A DNA stretch of 64,000 nucleotides from Candidatus Nanopelagicales bacterium. Lineage in GTDB: Bacteria > Actinomycetota > Actinomycetes > JAHEKZ01. Positions 33,699-44,131 of this stretch are shown here, one piece after another. The notes beneath the pieces are model-generated. The model was not told where the DNA came from. It saw only the letters and a program-made list of their open reading frames with translations, and made no database searches. The position numbers were made by a program, and so were the translations under genes. The first letter of the stretch is position 1, and each line of letters begins with the position of its first letter. The stretch lies in assembly GCA_038316135.1 (NCBI GenBank), contig JBBQAL010000002.1:1869-65868 (forward strand), given 5' to 3'.

Positions 33699-34898
33699 AT
33701 GACCCCCTCGGACGCAACATCGGCCCAGCCGAATGCCGCGTCCGGTGCTTCAGCGGGGGGTCACCGCACGAGCCGGCTGGTCCTGATCCTTTCCATCGTG
33801 GCCAGGATGCCCCAGGGATTGGCCCCACTCGCCGTGGTGCTGCTGGCTCAGGAACGGACCGGATCGATCGCCGCTGCCGGCCTCGCCGGCGGGGCCTGGG
33901 CGATCGGATCGGCAGTCAGCCAGCCGCTGTGGGGTGGCTTTGCCGGGCGGGGCCGGGCACACCGGGTTGAAGCAGCCACGGCGGTCACCCAAGGCGCCGT
34001 GTTGCTCCTGATGGCCTTTGGCGCGTGGGGCAGCGAAGCGACGCTCGTCGCCCTCGCCTTCGGCGGCGGCCTCCTGGCCGCCCCTACGTCCCCCATCTCC
34101 CGCACCCTGTGGCCTCAGCTGGCCAGCGACCAGCGCGACCTGGACGCCCTCTATGCGCTGGACGCCACCTGGCAGGAGATGGTCTTCATCGCCGGACCAG
34201 CCCTGGTCGGCGTCCTGGTAGCGCTATCCGGCCCAGACGCTGCGTTGATCGCCGCTGCCGCCTGCGGTGCAATCGGTGGCCTGGTCTTCGCCTGGGTGGT
34301 GCGGCCACTCTGGCGCCGTCACCCAGACCCGGAATCGCGGATCAGACTCACGACGGCCTTGGTTGCACTCTCGGGGCCGTATGCCGCGCTCTGCGTGATG
34401 GCCCTGGGACTGGGGCTGGTCGAGGTGGGCGTCCCGGCAGCGGCGATCCTGGAGCAGAACCGACCAGCCAGTGGATGGCTGCTTGCGCTCTGGAGCCTTG
34501 GCTCACTCGTCGGTGGCCTCGCGGCATCCAGGGTCCGCTGGCGGCGCGGGCCAGCACAGCGTTGGCCCTGGCTTCTCGCCGGGGTCACGCTCGGCTCGGT
34601 CACGATCGTGGTGGGCTGGGACTTCGGCCTCGGGTGGCTCGGCTTCACTCTGTTTCTGTCCGGGTTGGCCCTGGCACCTTCGCTCGCTGCCGGATACGGC
34701 GTGATCGGCGACCGAGCCGCCCCGGGGCGACGCACCGACGCCTTCGCCTGGACAACGACTTTTCTGTTGCTCGGCTTTGGTGGCGGCGCCGCAATCGGCG
34801 GCGTCCTCGCCGACATCAGTCCGGCATGGACCTTCACCGCCGGCACCGTTGTCACAGCCGGAGCGGCAGTGATCGCCTCCTTCGGTGCCCGCCCCTGA
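33699..34898 (+). CDS. MFS transporter
   Basis: 399 aa with about 12 predicted TM helices and an MFS-like N-terminal half. Confidence 0.8.
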   Translation: MTPSDATSAQPNAASGASAGGHRTSRLVLILSIVARMPQGLAPLAVVLLAQERTGSIAAAGLAGGAWAIGSAVSQPLWGGFAGRGRAHRVEAATAVTQGAVLLLMAFGAWGSEATLVALAFGGGLLAAPTSPISRTLWPQLASDQRDLDALYALDATWQEMVFIAGPALVGVLVALSGPDAALIAAAACGAIGGLVFAWVVRPLWRRHPDPESRIRLTTALVALSGPYAALCVMALGLGLVEVGVPAAAILEQNRPASGWLLALWSLGSLVGGLAASRVRWRRGPAQRWPWLLAGVTLGSVTIVVGWDFGLGWLGFTLFLSGLALAPSLAAGYGVIGDRAAPGRRTDAFAWTTTFLLLGFGGGAAIGGVLADISPAWTFTAGTVVTAGAAVIASFGARP

Positions 34899-34968
34899 GG
34901 CGACATCAAGGGCTCACCCAGGGATCTCCCCGATGCCACCTCCCCATCCGGCTGCCTAACGTGCAGGG

Positions 34969-36009
34969 GTGACCCCTCCCCCGACCGGACCCCCCTCGGT
35001 CGGTACTACCCAGCAGCGGATGATCGGCCTCGACCTCGCGCGGCTCCTTGCACTGGTCGGCATGGTGATCGTTCACGCCAGGACCGATCTAGTGCTGCTG
35101 CCGCTGGAGCGACTCCACCCGAACGCTCCATCTCCACAGCTGCCTCATGACCCGACGTGGGCCTGGTGGTTGCAAGAGATGTTCACCGACCGGGCTCGCC
35201 CACTGTTCTTCACGTTGGCAGGCGTAGGCGTCACCCTGCTGCTGCGCAGGTCACGCCCTCAGGTGTTGGCTCGCAGGGCCGCCTATATCGCCACCTTGGG
35301 CATCGTCTTGGTCCTCGTCGGTTGGAGCGACCTGGTTCTGGTCTTCTACGGCATCTGGTTCCTGCTGGGGATCGCCTTGGCACGAGCACGGATGCCGGTC
35401 TTGCTGGTGATTGCCCTCGGGTTTGCGCTCCTTCCCGTGCTCCCTGCGGTGGCTTCCTCGGCACCCGATGGCACCGTTTTCAACATCTCGTTGATCCTGG
35501 CTGAGACCGCCTACTTCCTTATCGGGATGGCACTGGGAAGGCTCCAGCTCTCCTCACCTCGGCTGCGCCGAACGCTGCTGCTCTTCGGGGGCACGCTGTG
35601 TGTGATCGGAACTCTTGGTTTGGCGGCCATGGGAAAACTCGGGCTCGATGCCGAGCGATCGGCGGCATCTGAGGTCATTCACATGGTGTCGACGGCAGGG
35701 TTGGTCTGCGTCGTGATCTCCACCGCCATCTTCATCGGCGAAGCGGCACCGCGCTGGCACGGGATCAAGTGGCTTGCACTGGCAGGCTCTGTGCCGCTGA
35801 CGATCTACGTCGCCCACGCTTTGCTCTTCACGGGGTTGTCCCAGTCGTGGACCACGACTTTGGGGCCGGCAACGCTCGTCGCCTTTGGCTTCCTTGTGGT
35901 GGCAGTCATGATGGCGGCCACCTGGGTTCGCCCCGGTCGGACAGGACCGCTCGAGGCTTTGATGCGGCGAGTGAGCCGGTCAAGGCGCCGAGCGACTGTC
36001 CCAGGTTAA
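34969..36009 (+). CDS. DUF418/YeiB-like polytopic membrane protein (heparan-alpha-glucosaminide N-acetyltransferase-like fold)
   Basis: IGLDLARLLALVGMVIVH N-terminal motif, multiple TM segments, and a C-terminal GPLEALMRRV typical of DUF418. Confidence 0.65.
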   Translation: MTPPPTGPPSVGTTQQRMIGLDLARLLALVGMVIVHARTDLVLLPLERLHPNAPSPQLPHDPTWAWWLQEMFTDRARPLFFTLAGVGVTLLLRRSRPQVLARRAAYIATLGIVLVLVGWSDLVLVFYGIWFLLGIALARARMPVLLVIALGFALLPVLPAVASSAPDGTVFNISLILAETAYFLIGMALGRLQLSSPRLRRTLLLFGGTLCVIGTLGLAAMGKLGLDAERSAASEVIHMVSTAGLVCVVISTAIFIGEAAPRWHGIKWLALAGSVPLTIYVAHALLFTGLSQSWTTTLGPATLVAFGFLVVAVMMAATWVRPGRTGPLEALMRRVSRSRRRATVPG

Positions 36010-37643
36010 CGGGCGCGTTCGACGCGGGCTTCGTCCCAGACCGGTTCGGCAGTTTCGTAGACGACGCCATCCGACCCGAACACCAAGTAGCGGTCGAAGG
36101 AGCGGGCGAACCAACGGTCATGCGTCACCGCCATCACGGTTCCGTCGAAGGCCTCCAGCCCCTCCTCCAACGCCTCCGCGCTGGCGAGGTCGAGGTTGTC
36201 GGTCGGTTCGTCGAGCAGCAGCAGCGTGACACCGGACAGCTCGAGCAGCAGGATCTGAAAGCGCGCCTGCTGCCCGCCCGAGAGCGTCTCGAAGCGCTGC
36301 TCCGCCTGCTGGTTCAGCTCGTACCGTCGCAGCACCGCCTTTGCCGGACCGAGCTGCAACGAATGCTGATGCCACAGGATCTCAATCGGCGTCCGGCCGG
36401 TGAACTCCGCATGGTCGTGCGTCTGCGCGAAGTGCCCCGGCACCACTCTGGCGCCGAGCTTCCACGAACCGGAGTACGCCACTTTCGCATCCCGAACCAT
36501 TCCCTGCTGCGCGTCCCATGCGGCCAGCAGCCGCAGGAAGTGCGACTTCCCAGAACCATTGCTACCGAGAACCGCGACGCGTTCGCCGTAGAACACCTCA
36601 AGGTCGAAGGGATGCATCAAACCGGTCAGCTCAAGCTGTTGGCACGTGACGGCGCGGACGCCGGTGCGACCACCCTTCAATCGCATCGTCACGCTCTGCT
36701 CAGGCGGTGGCGCCTCAGGCTCGCCCGCCTCCTCGAACTTGCGCAACCTCGTCTGCATCGCCTTGTACCGCGATGCCATGTCCGGGCTGATCGCCGCTTG
36801 CTGCTGAAGCGTGCGCACGAGGTCCTTGAGGCGTTGGTGCTCCTCCTCCCAGCGACGGCACAGCTCGGCTAAGCGCTCATGCCTATTGCCACGCGCCTCG
36901 TGGTACGACGCAAAACCTCCACCGTGCACCCATGCGGTGCCGCCCTCAACGGTCACGATCCGGTTCGCCACCTGAGCCAACAGTTCACGGTCGTGCGAAA
37001 TCAGCAATACCGTCTTGCGGGTCGCAGCCAGACGTTCCTCGAGCCACTGCTTACCGGGGACGTCAAGGTAGTTGTCCGGCTCGTCGAGCAGCAGCACCTC
37101 GTCGGGCCCGCGCAACAGCGCCTCCAGCGCCAGCCGCTTCTGCTCACCGCCAGACAACGTGCTCACCCCGCGGTACTGTGCGCGGTCGTAGGGGACTCCA
37201 AGCGCTGACACCGTGCAGGCGTCCCACACCACCTCCGCGCCGTAGCCGTGCGCATCCCCCCAGTCGGCAATCGCCTGCGCATAGCGCATTTGGGTCTTCT
37301 CGTCGTCACGCTCCATCATCTGCAGCTCCGCTGCGTCCATCTCCAGCGCTGCGTCACGGATGCGCGGCGGCGCCACCGACACGAGCAGGTCGCGCACGGT
37401 CGAGTCGTCCCGCACGCTGCCGATGAACTGGCGCATGACGCCGAGCCCTCCGCTGTGCGAGACCGAACCTTCGAGGGGTTCGATGTCGCCGGCAATGATC
37501 CGCATCAGCGTCGTCTTGCCGGCACCGTTGGCGCCGACCAGCGCCACGACCGCGCCGTCACCCACCCGGAAGGACACGTTGCCGAACAGAGTGCGGCCGT
37601 CTGGCAGCACGTAACTGACCCCGTTGACGTCGACGTGTCCCAC
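36006..37643 (-). CDS. ABC-F family ATPase (two tandem ABC domains, no TMD)
   Basis: Two Walker A sites (GANGAGKTT; GSNGSGKSH) and two signatures (LSGGEQKRLAL; LSGGQQARFQI) with an inter-domain linker. 545 aa. Confidence 0.9.
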   Translation of the reverse strand: MGHVDVNGVSYVLPDGRTLFGNVSFRVGDGAVVALVGANGAGKTTLMRIIAGDIEPLEGSVSHSGGLGVMRQFIGSVRDDSTVRDLLVSVAPPRIRDAALEMDAAELQMMERDDEKTQMRYAQAIADWGDAHGYGAEVVWDACTVSALGVPYDRAQYRGVSTLSGGEQKRLALEALLRGPDEVLLLDEPDNYLDVPGKQWLEERLAATRKTVLLISHDRELLAQVANRIVTVEGGTAWVHGGGFASYHEARGNRHERLAELCRRWEEEHQRLKDLVRTLQQQAAISPDMASRYKAMQTRLRKFEEAGEPEAPPPEQSVTMRLKGGRTGVRAVTCQQLELTGLMHPFDLEVFYGERVAVLGSNGSGKSHFLRLLAAWDAQQGMVRDAKVAYSGSWKLGARVVPGHFAQTHDHAEFTGRTPIEILWHQHSLQLGPAKAVLRRYELNQQAEQRFETLSGGQQARFQILLLELSGVTLLLLDEPTDNLDLASAEALEEGLEAFDGTVMAVTHDRWFARSFDRYLVFGSDGVVYETAEPVWDEARVERAR

Positions 37644-37721
37644 GAGGGGACAGTCTCACCTACCGAGAGCTCTGCGCGCCAACTCGTTTCCGAGCCACCT
37701 GCAATCTGGCGAACCGGACGC

Positions 37722-38654
37722 TCAGTGGTACTCAACGACTCCTTCACCGTGCACCACCACAGTGCCGGCATCGCCGGCCAGGACGGCCGGTAGGCCAGCG
37801 AGGTCACCGATCCGGGCTGGGCGCTTGGTCGTCAGGACGAAGTCACAGGCCGCACCTACCTTGGGGCCCATCGACCCGTCCGGAAAGCTGAACCGCGCCA
37901 AGACATCTGGGCTCACTTTCGCCAAGGCGCGCTGGTGGTCAGTGCCCCAGTCGACATAGACAGCGTCAGCGTCGGTGGCGACGATGAACTCGTCGGCATC
38001 GATGAGCTGGGCCATCAAGGAACTGGCAAGGTCTTTGTCGACCACAGCCTCCACTCCCACCAGCGTGCGAGTTCCGGGCAGGTACATGGTCGGGATTCCA
38101 CCGCCGCCAGCTGCGATGACCACCGCACCCTGTTCCAAGAGCCAGCGCACCGGCCGAAGCTCGAAGATTTGCTTGGGGCGCGGCGACGGTACTACGCGGC
38201 GCCACACCTCGCCGTCCATCTTGAAGTGCCATCCCTTTGCGGCAGCAAGAGCATCTGCGTCTTGCTTCTCGTAGACCGGACCGACGAACTTCGTTGGATC
38301 CGCGAAGGCCGGGTCGCTGGGGTCCACCTCCACCATGGTCAGCAGTGTGGCGAGCGGCTTCTCGAAGGGCAGCAGGTTGCCGAGCTCTTGCTCGATCAGG
38401 TAGCCGATCAGTCCCTCGGTCTCGGCACCGAGAACGTCGAGCGGAAATGCCTCGTCCGGATGGTAAGCCGCACCCTGCAGCGCAAGAAGCCCTACCTGCG
38501 GGCCGTTCCCGTGCGTGATGACAAGTTCGTGTTCCATCGCCACCGGCGCCAGCGACTCGGCCGCGACCCGGACGTTGATCCGCTGATTCTCAAGAGTCAT
38601 GGGTTGGCCTCGCCTGAGCAGGGCGTTGCCCCCGAGTGCTGCCACTAGTCGCAT
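37722..38654 (-). CDS. arcC: Carbamate kinase (orphan; no arcA/arcB nearby)
   Basis: [12 protein letters not shown]...[10 protein letters not shown]...IAAGGGGIP carbamate-kinase motifs. About 310 aa from MRLVAALGG. Confidence 0.85.
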   Translation of the reverse strand: MRLVAALGGNALLRRGQPMTLENQRINVRVAAESLAPVAMEHELVITHGNGPQVGLLALQGAAYHPDEAFPLDVLGAETEGLIGYLIEQELGNLLPFEKPLATLLTMVEVDPSDPAFADPTKFVGPVYEKQDADALAAAKGWHFKMDGEVWRRVVPSPRPKQIFELRPVRWLLEQGAVVIAAGGGGIPTMYLPGTRTLVGVEAVVDKDLASSLMAQLIDADEFIVATDADAVYVDWGTDHQRALAKVSPDVLARFSFPDGSMGPKVGAACDFVLTTKRPARIGDLAGLPAVLAGDAGTVVVHGEGVVEYH

Positions 38655-38696
38655 GTGTGGAGTGTGCCCCACCGGACGGGCGGATTCGGCCCCTGA

Positions 38697-39677
38697 TTGG
38701 CACTCCGGCGCGTCGGACGTGCCCCATACGCCCCTGGCGGAGGTAGTGGGCAGACTGTCGTCGTGTCACACGCCGCGTCAGGTCGCCACCGAAGTCCGGT
38801 GAGAGCGCGGCCTCAGCGACGTTCGCCGCTCTGGGCGGTCCTCGTTGTGGTCCTCGCCGCCGGAGCCGTTGCAGCGGCGATCTTCCTGTGGTCGCGAATC
38901 ACAGCGGTCCCTGACACAGGCACGCCAGGCGAACCACCGTCGTCGCCGGGCAGCACCGGCCCAGCGCCCAGCGAGGCGGCGGGCATCGTCGAGAGCAACC
39001 GGACCGTCACCATTGACCGCGAAACGATCACCGTTGAGGAGGTCTCCACCGCTGTCGACGGTGAAGCGGCGCGAGCTGTTCCAGCCACCCGCACCCCACT
39101 TGGCCTCCAACTGATCAGCTCAGCGGTGATCTCCGCCGATGGGCGCTCGAAACCATTCGATGCGCCGGTCACCATCAGTCGCAGCGGCACCCTGACCGTG
39201 CGAAATAGCTATCGATTGACCGACTGCCCTGACGTGATTCCCACCCAATGGCCGTCTCCTGCCGACTTTCCCGGGGCTTCCAGGAGCTACGTCCGTCTCG
39301 ATGAGCCGCTGCATACCGGCTATGCCCTATGCCCGGACAGCAAGTCCAAGGCCGCCCAGCTTCGTGACCTCGCCGGAGCGGTCATTGCAGGAAATGCCTC
39401 GCGGCTAAGGCTCACCTGGCTCGGCGATCAGACGATTACCATCCGGGCGATTGGTTCGGCCTCGGGCGTGGCAGCAATCGTCGCGAACCCAACATGCGAC
39501 GCGTCTTGTGTCGCCTCGATTCCACCTGGAGGGTCAACGGAGCTTCAGCTAGCCCCCGTCGACCCGTGCCCACCAGCATCGGAGAACAACCGACTCACGC
39601 TCGTGGTACAGATCGCCAGCCGGTCGTCGACCGCAGTCGTCGAGGTCGGCGGGCTCTCTCAGCTGGTCTGCCAGTGA
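38697..39677 (+). CDS. Hypothetical membrane-anchored secreted protein
   Basis: Single TM ([21 protein letters not shown]) followed by a Pro/Ser-rich linker and a Cys-containing extracytoplasmic domain. The exact start is uncertain. Confidence 0.45.
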   Translation: MALRRVGRAPYAPGGGSGQTVVVSHAASGRHRSPVRARPQRRSPLWAVLVVVLAAGAVAAAIFLWSRITAVPDTGTPGEPPSSPGSTGPAPSEAAGIVESNRTVTIDRETITVEEVSTAVDGEAARAVPATRTPLGLQLISSAVISADGRSKPFDAPVTISRSGTLTVRNSYRLTDCPDVIPTQWPSPADFPGASRSYVRLDEPLHTGYALCPDSKSKAAQLRDLAGAVIAGNASRLRLTWLGDQTITIRAIGSASGVAAIVANPTCDASCVASIPPGGSTELQLAPVDPCPPASENNRLTLVVQIASRSSTAVVEVGGLSQLVCQ

Positions 39678-39686
39678 ACCCTTCAG

Positions 39687-40343
39687 TCATGCGGACGCGG
39701 CCGCAATGGCTTTCCCTTCGGCCAAGAACGCCTCAACCGCCCCCTGGTCGTTGAGCTCACCCCAAGTACGAGCAGCACCGAACGGCGCGTTCCAGAATGT
39801 TCCTTCGCGGGGCTTCCAAGGCCCCACGTAGACGTAAGGCGCCTCCTCATATGCGTCGCCGAGTGAGATGCCGTAGTTGACGTCATCAACGGCGATCCCC
39901 ACGTCAAAGTGCTCTGGCCACAGCACCGGCGTTTCTTCTGGAGCAAAGGCACCCAGCGCAGCGGCCCCGCGCTCAAGCCAACCTGCCAGGGCATCCGCAG
40001 CGGCTTGGTCGATCGACAAGCGCGAGTGGGGAGCGGCGTCGGATGAGTCGGGGTATAGGCCCTCGGGGGCACCACCTGCGATCCCGGCTTCGCCGGCGAC
40101 CTCGGCCAACGTGCCCTGCAGGCGAATGCGGCGGCCGTCAGCAGTCACCAACTCGTTGCGGTCGACTCGGATCGAACCGTCTCGGGTGGCAAAACCACCA
40201 GGCACCACCTGCAACCTGATCGTGCCCGAGTCGCGGTGCTGCGGACCAGCCATCAGCCACTCAGCCACCCAGTGCCACGAGCGGCGGGTGTCGGAGACGA
40301 CGGCAAGGCCGTCAGGGGTGTCGAACGGGGACGGAACTGCCAT
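39687..40343 (-). CDS. Hypothetical protein
   Basis: Start taken at MAVPSPFD, with a GGAGG SD upstream. Protein-like composition; no motif recognised. Confidence 0.45.
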   Translation of the reverse strand: MAVPSPFDTPDGLAVVSDTRRSWHWVAEWLMAGPQHRDSGTIRLQVVPGGFATRDGSIRVDRNELVTADGRRIRLQGTLAEVAGEAGIAGGAPEGLYPDSSDAAPHSRLSIDQAAADALAGWLERGAAALGAFAPEETPVLWPEHFDVGIAVDDVNYGISLGDAYEEAPYVYVGPWKPREGTFWNAPFGAARTWGELNDQGAVEAFLAEGKAIAAASA

Positions 40344-40367
40344 TAGGGGGCCTCCATCGAGATTGGC

Positions 40368-40410
40368 GGGCAGCGGGCTTGGTGGGCAGCGGGCTTGGTG
40401 GGCGCGGGAC
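40368..40410. repeat. 16-bp direct repeat GGGCAGCGGGCTTGGT, two perfect copies plus a partial third, in a divergent promoter region
   Basis: Seen directly in the sequence. Lies between the hypothetical gene (minus strand) and the Rieske-GltS gene (plus strand). Confidence 0.7.
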
Positions 40411-40491
40411 ACGTGTAACGGACGGAGCATCCCAGCGCACTGAGATACACAGGCTCTGAATCGATGTGTCCCTCAACCCCGGGAGCGTTAC

Positions 40492-42111
40492 GTGACGAAA
40501 GTTCCGGTCCAATCACTGCCCCTACTTTCCACGCTGCCCGACCGGACGCCGTTCGCTGCCACGGCCGACGGCGTCGACGTCGTCGTTGTACGTAATGGCG
40601 ATCAGATCGGAGTTTACGAGGGGCGGTGCCCTCACCGTGGGGCAATGCTCGCCGACGGCGAGGTCGTTGGGGACGACCTGGTCTGCGGAGTCCACGGATA
40701 TGACTTTCGCCTCGATACCGGGGTCAGCACGTACGACCCCAAGGAGAGCATCCATCGCTTCCGCGCGAGCGTGGATGGGGACAGGGTTTCAATCGATGCC
40801 GATGACCTCGCCCAATTTCTCACCCGCCAGCCCCAGCAGCGCGACGTCGACCCATACTCACGCCTCTTTGCAGACGCACATCAAGCGACTGACGAAGAGC
40901 CGTACGTCGCCGAGATCCACGCGCTTGCCCGCGATGGTCTCGCCAAGACGGGCAGGCACGGGCCCGTAGCGGCGATGGGAGTCCCACGTACTGACCTCCC
41001 CCAGTGGGAGCACCTCCAGGTGCTCACCGCGCAACTCGATCGCCTACCGCTGCTCGATGACGAGCCAGTCGACACCAACACCGTAATTGGGCCGAAAGCG
41101 CAGCAACCATTGAGGCTGGCCATCCCTTTGTTTGTCTCCGACATGAGCTTTGGAGCGTTGTCGCTGGAAGCCAAGACGGCTCTGGCGCGCGGAGCAGAGG
41201 ACGCGGGCACCGCGATCTGTTCGGGCGAAGGTGGCATGTTGCCCGAGGAACAGCAATCCTGCTCGCGCTATCTCCTCGAGGTGGCGTCCGCGCGGTTCGG
41301 CTACCACGACGAGCAGCTCGACCTTGTACAAGCAGTTCATCTGAAGTTGGGGCAAGGAGCCAAGACCGGTACCGGCGGGCACCTTCCCGGACGTAAGGTC
41401 ACTGGCCGAATCGCTGAGGTGCGCGGGCTCCCGGAAGGCACTGCCGCGGTTTCTCCGGCCCGCTTCCCCGAGTGGACCGGCCTCGACGATGCCGCCGCTA
41501 TGGTCAAGCACCTGCGCGAGGGCAGCAAGGGCAAGCCGGTCGGAGTCAAGATGTCGGCCCAGCACATCGAGCGAGACATCGATGCCGCACTCGCCCTGAG
41601 CGTTGACTACATCATTCTCGATGGGCGTGGAGGCGGGACTGGCGCCGCCCCCAAGCTGTTCCGTGACAACATCAGCGTGCCGTCGATGGCGGCAGTTGCT
41701 CGTGCCCGAAGGCACCTAGATCTCTCCGGCGCCACCAATGTCACCCTCGTTGCAACCGGGGGGTTGCGTCGTCCCGCGGACTTCGTCAAAGCAATGGCGC
41801 TCGGTGCTGACGCCGTGGCCGTCTCCAACTCAGCATTACAGTCCATCGGCTGCGTGGGAATGCGGGCGTGTCATACCGATAACTGTCCGGTAGGCATCGC
41901 CACCCAGAAGCCACATCTGAGAGCACGGCTCCCGGTCGACCTCGCAGCCCAGCGGCTCTCACGATTTTTGACCACGAGCGTCGAACTCATGAGCATCCTG
42001 GCGCGCGCTTGCGGACATCGGCGGCTGTCCGACTTCACCCCCGACGACCTCACCGCTTGGCGGCGTGACGTTGCTGATCTCGTCGGTGTCGAGTTTGCAG
42101 GTGTGCGATGA
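40492..42111 (+). CDS. Rieske [2Fe-2S] domain fused to an FMN-dependent glutamate-synthase-domain (GltS central-domain family) oxidoreductase
   Basis: N-terminal Rieske motif CPHRG-x16-CGVHG. C-terminal Glu_synthase TIM barrel (SGEGGMLPEE, GAKTGTGGHLPG, ILDGRGGGTGAAP) and a GCVGMRACHTDNCPVGIATQ Fe-S cysteine cluster. Confidence 0.85.
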   Translation: MTKVPVQSLPLLSTLPDRTPFAATADGVDVVVVRNGDQIGVYEGRCPHRGAMLADGEVVGDDLVCGVHGYDFRLDTGVSTYDPKESIHRFRASVDGDRVSIDADDLAQFLTRQPQQRDVDPYSRLFADAHQATDEEPYVAEIHALARDGLAKTGRHGPVAAMGVPRTDLPQWEHLQVLTAQLDRLPLLDDEPVDTNTVIGPKAQQPLRLAIPLFVSDMSFGALSLEAKTALARGAEDAGTAICSGEGGMLPEEQQSCSRYLLEVASARFGYHDEQLDLVQAVHLKLGQGAKTGTGGHLPGRKVTGRIAEVRGLPEGTAAVSPARFPEWTGLDDAAAMVKHLREGSKGKPVGVKMSAQHIERDIDAALALSVDYIILDGRGGGTGAAPKLFRDNISVPSMAAVARARRHLDLSGATNVTLVATGGLRRPADFVKAMALGADAVAVSNSALQSIGCVGMRACHTDNCPVGIATQKPHLRARLPVDLAAQRLSRFLTTSVELMSILARACGHRRLSDFTPDDLTAWRRDVADLVGVEFAGVR

Positions 42112-44051
42112 CCACCGAAGGCTGGACCTGGCATGAGATCCCGACTGATCAGATCCCCGACGGTGAAGGGCGGGTACGCACTGTCGTTGTTGACGGCCGG
42201 GCCATCGCCGTGTCTCGTTGCCGCGGACTGATTGGTGCGCTCGACAACCGCTGTCCGCATCAGGGCGGGCCGCTCGGAGAGGGTTCCATTGAGAACGGCC
42301 TGCTGCGCTGCCCTTGGCACGGCTACGACTACGACCCGATCACTGGGGAGCCTCCCTCGGGGTTCAGCGATGCCCCGGAGAAGTTCGAGGTCTCCAAGGA
42401 AGGCGACAGCGTCCGGGTGCTGCTACCGCCCCATGACGCGCAGCTAAGGACCGTCAGCGACGTGATCGTCGACACGCTGCTCGCATGGGGCGTGGACACC
42501 GTCTTCGGAATGGTCGGTCACTCCAATCTCGGATTTGCCGACGCCCTGAGGCGGGCAGAAGAACGGGGAGATCTCCGGTACATCGGCATTCGACACGAAG
42601 GAGCTGCCGCCTTTGCCGCCAGTGCATACGGCAAGCTGACTGGACGGCCAGCGGCTTGCCTGGCCATCGCAGGGCCCGGTTCAACGAACTTGCTCACCGG
42701 CCTGTACGACGCCAAGTTGGACCGCTCACCTGTCATCGCCATCAGTGGGCAGGTCCCCTCGTCCTCGCTCGGACGCGGTGCGTTCCAAGACCTCGATCTT
42801 GGCTCGGTCTTTGGCGACGTCGCCATCTCCACCACCCGGATCTCCGCAGGCAGCAACGCGGCTGAACTCACTGCGGTCACCGTCAAGCGTGCTCTGGACG
42901 GACCTGGCGTAGGCCATCTGGTGCTGCCGGACGAGGTGCAGGGGCTGCCAAGCGACGCCGAACCCGCGACGCCGGGTGGTCGCGGTGCACAGGTCGGTCC
43001 GGCTGCCGCCGAGTTGGTAACGACCGCTGGCGAGATGTTGGCAGAAGCTCGGCGACCGGTACTGATCGTTGGAGAAGGCGCTCGGCACGCGGCCACAGAA
43101 GTCACCGAGCTGGCCGAGCGCCTGGGGGCTCCCGTGCTCACCACCTTTCAGGCCAAAGGCTTGGTCCCTGACCAGCACCCGCTCGCCGGCGGCGTCCTCG
43201 GTCGGTCGGGAACGCCCGTGGCCAGTTGGTTGATGAACGAGAGCGACCTGCTTCTCGTCATCGGTGCCTCCTTTGCCCACCACACCGGCATCGCCACCTA
43301 CAAGCCGGTCATTCAGGTCGATCACTCGGCGGCGGCCATTGGCCGTTTCGACCCAGTACAGCTTGGCGTTGTTGGCGACGCAGCCATGACACTGCGCCAG
43401 CTCATCGATCAGCTTGATGTCGATAACTCGGCAGCCAGCAACCAACGCGATGATGTCGCTTCCCGCTGGAAGCTCTGGCGTGCCGAGAAGCACCGACGGG
43501 CCCACGATGACCTCGGGCAAGGAATCCCCGCGGCTGCCGTGTTCGCAGCTCTGAGCGAACACGCCCCCCAGGATGCCGTGATTACCGTCGACGTCGGCAA
43601 CCACGCCTACTCGTTCGGCCGCTACTTCGAGTCGTCGGGACAACCGGTTCTCATGTCCGGCTATCTGGGCTCCATCGGCTTCGGCTATCCAGCCGCGATC
43701 GGTGCCTGGGCCGCAAACCCCCGTCGCCCGATCGTTGCCGTCACCGGAGACGGCGGGTTCGGTCAGTATCTGGCTGAAATGACGACTGCTGTGAAGTATC
43801 GAATCCCCATCAAACACGTGCTGCTCGACAACCGGTCGCTCGGAAAGATCGCCAAAGAGCAGCTGGCAGAGCAACGACCGCTCTGGCAGACGTCGCTGGT
43901 GAACCCCGACTTCGCCGACTACGCCCGTCTCTGTGGTGCGACTGGAATCACCGCAACCGCCACCGGCGAACTGGACGCCGCGATGCGCGAACTCTTCGCA
44001 GCATCCGGGCCGGCGTTACTGCACGTGCACCAAGATGCCGCGCTGGTGTGA
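42108..44051 (+). CDS. Rieske [2Fe-2S] domain fused to a thiamine-diphosphate-dependent enzyme of the pyruvate oxidase/acetolactate synthase (POX/ALS) family
   Basis: N-terminal Rieske motif CPHQG-x16-CPWHG. Three-domain ThDP-enzyme body (VDTVFGMVGHSN; central FAD/ADP-like domain; ThDP motif GDGGFGQ...LLDN). The ATG overlaps the previous stop (ATGA). Confidence 0.85.
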   Translation: MTTEGWTWHEIPTDQIPDGEGRVRTVVVDGRAIAVSRCRGLIGALDNRCPHQGGPLGEGSIENGLLRCPWHGYDYDPITGEPPSGFSDAPEKFEVSKEGDSVRVLLPPHDAQLRTVSDVIVDTLLAWGVDTVFGMVGHSNLGFADALRRAEERGDLRYIGIRHEGAAAFAASAYGKLTGRPAACLAIAGPGSTNLLTGLYDAKLDRSPVIAISGQVPSSSLGRGAFQDLDLGSVFGDVAISTTRISAGSNAAELTAVTVKRALDGPGVGHLVLPDEVQGLPSDAEPATPGGRGAQVGPAAAELVTTAGEMLAEARRPVLIVGEGARHAATEVTELAERLGAPVLTTFQAKGLVPDQHPLAGGVLGRSGTPVASWLMNESDLLLVIGASFAHHTGIATYKPVIQVDHSAAAIGRFDPVQLGVVGDAAMTLRQLIDQLDVDNSAASNQRDDVASRWKLWRAEKHRRAHDDLGQGIPAAAVFAALSEHAPQDAVITVDVGNHAYSFGRYFESSGQPVLMSGYLGSIGFGYPAAIGAWAANPRRPIVAVTGDGGFGQYLAEMTTAVKYRIPIKHVLLDNRSLGKIAKEQLAEQRPLWQTSLVNPDFADYARLCGATGITATATGELDAAMRELFAASGPALLHVHQDAALV

Positions 44052-44131
44052 TCGTGACCCTACTCAGCCTCGAGCGCCCTCACTTGAGAAGTCTCTCGTC
44101 GTCTACGGTTACTGGCGAGAGGGGCTGGCAG

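Noticed and set aside
35769-36872. 367-aa plus-strand ORF
   Set aside because: Antisense to the ABC-F gene, which has unmistakable Walker/signature motifs.
42726-43874. 382-aa minus-strand ORF
   Set aside because: Antisense to the ThDP-enzyme gene.
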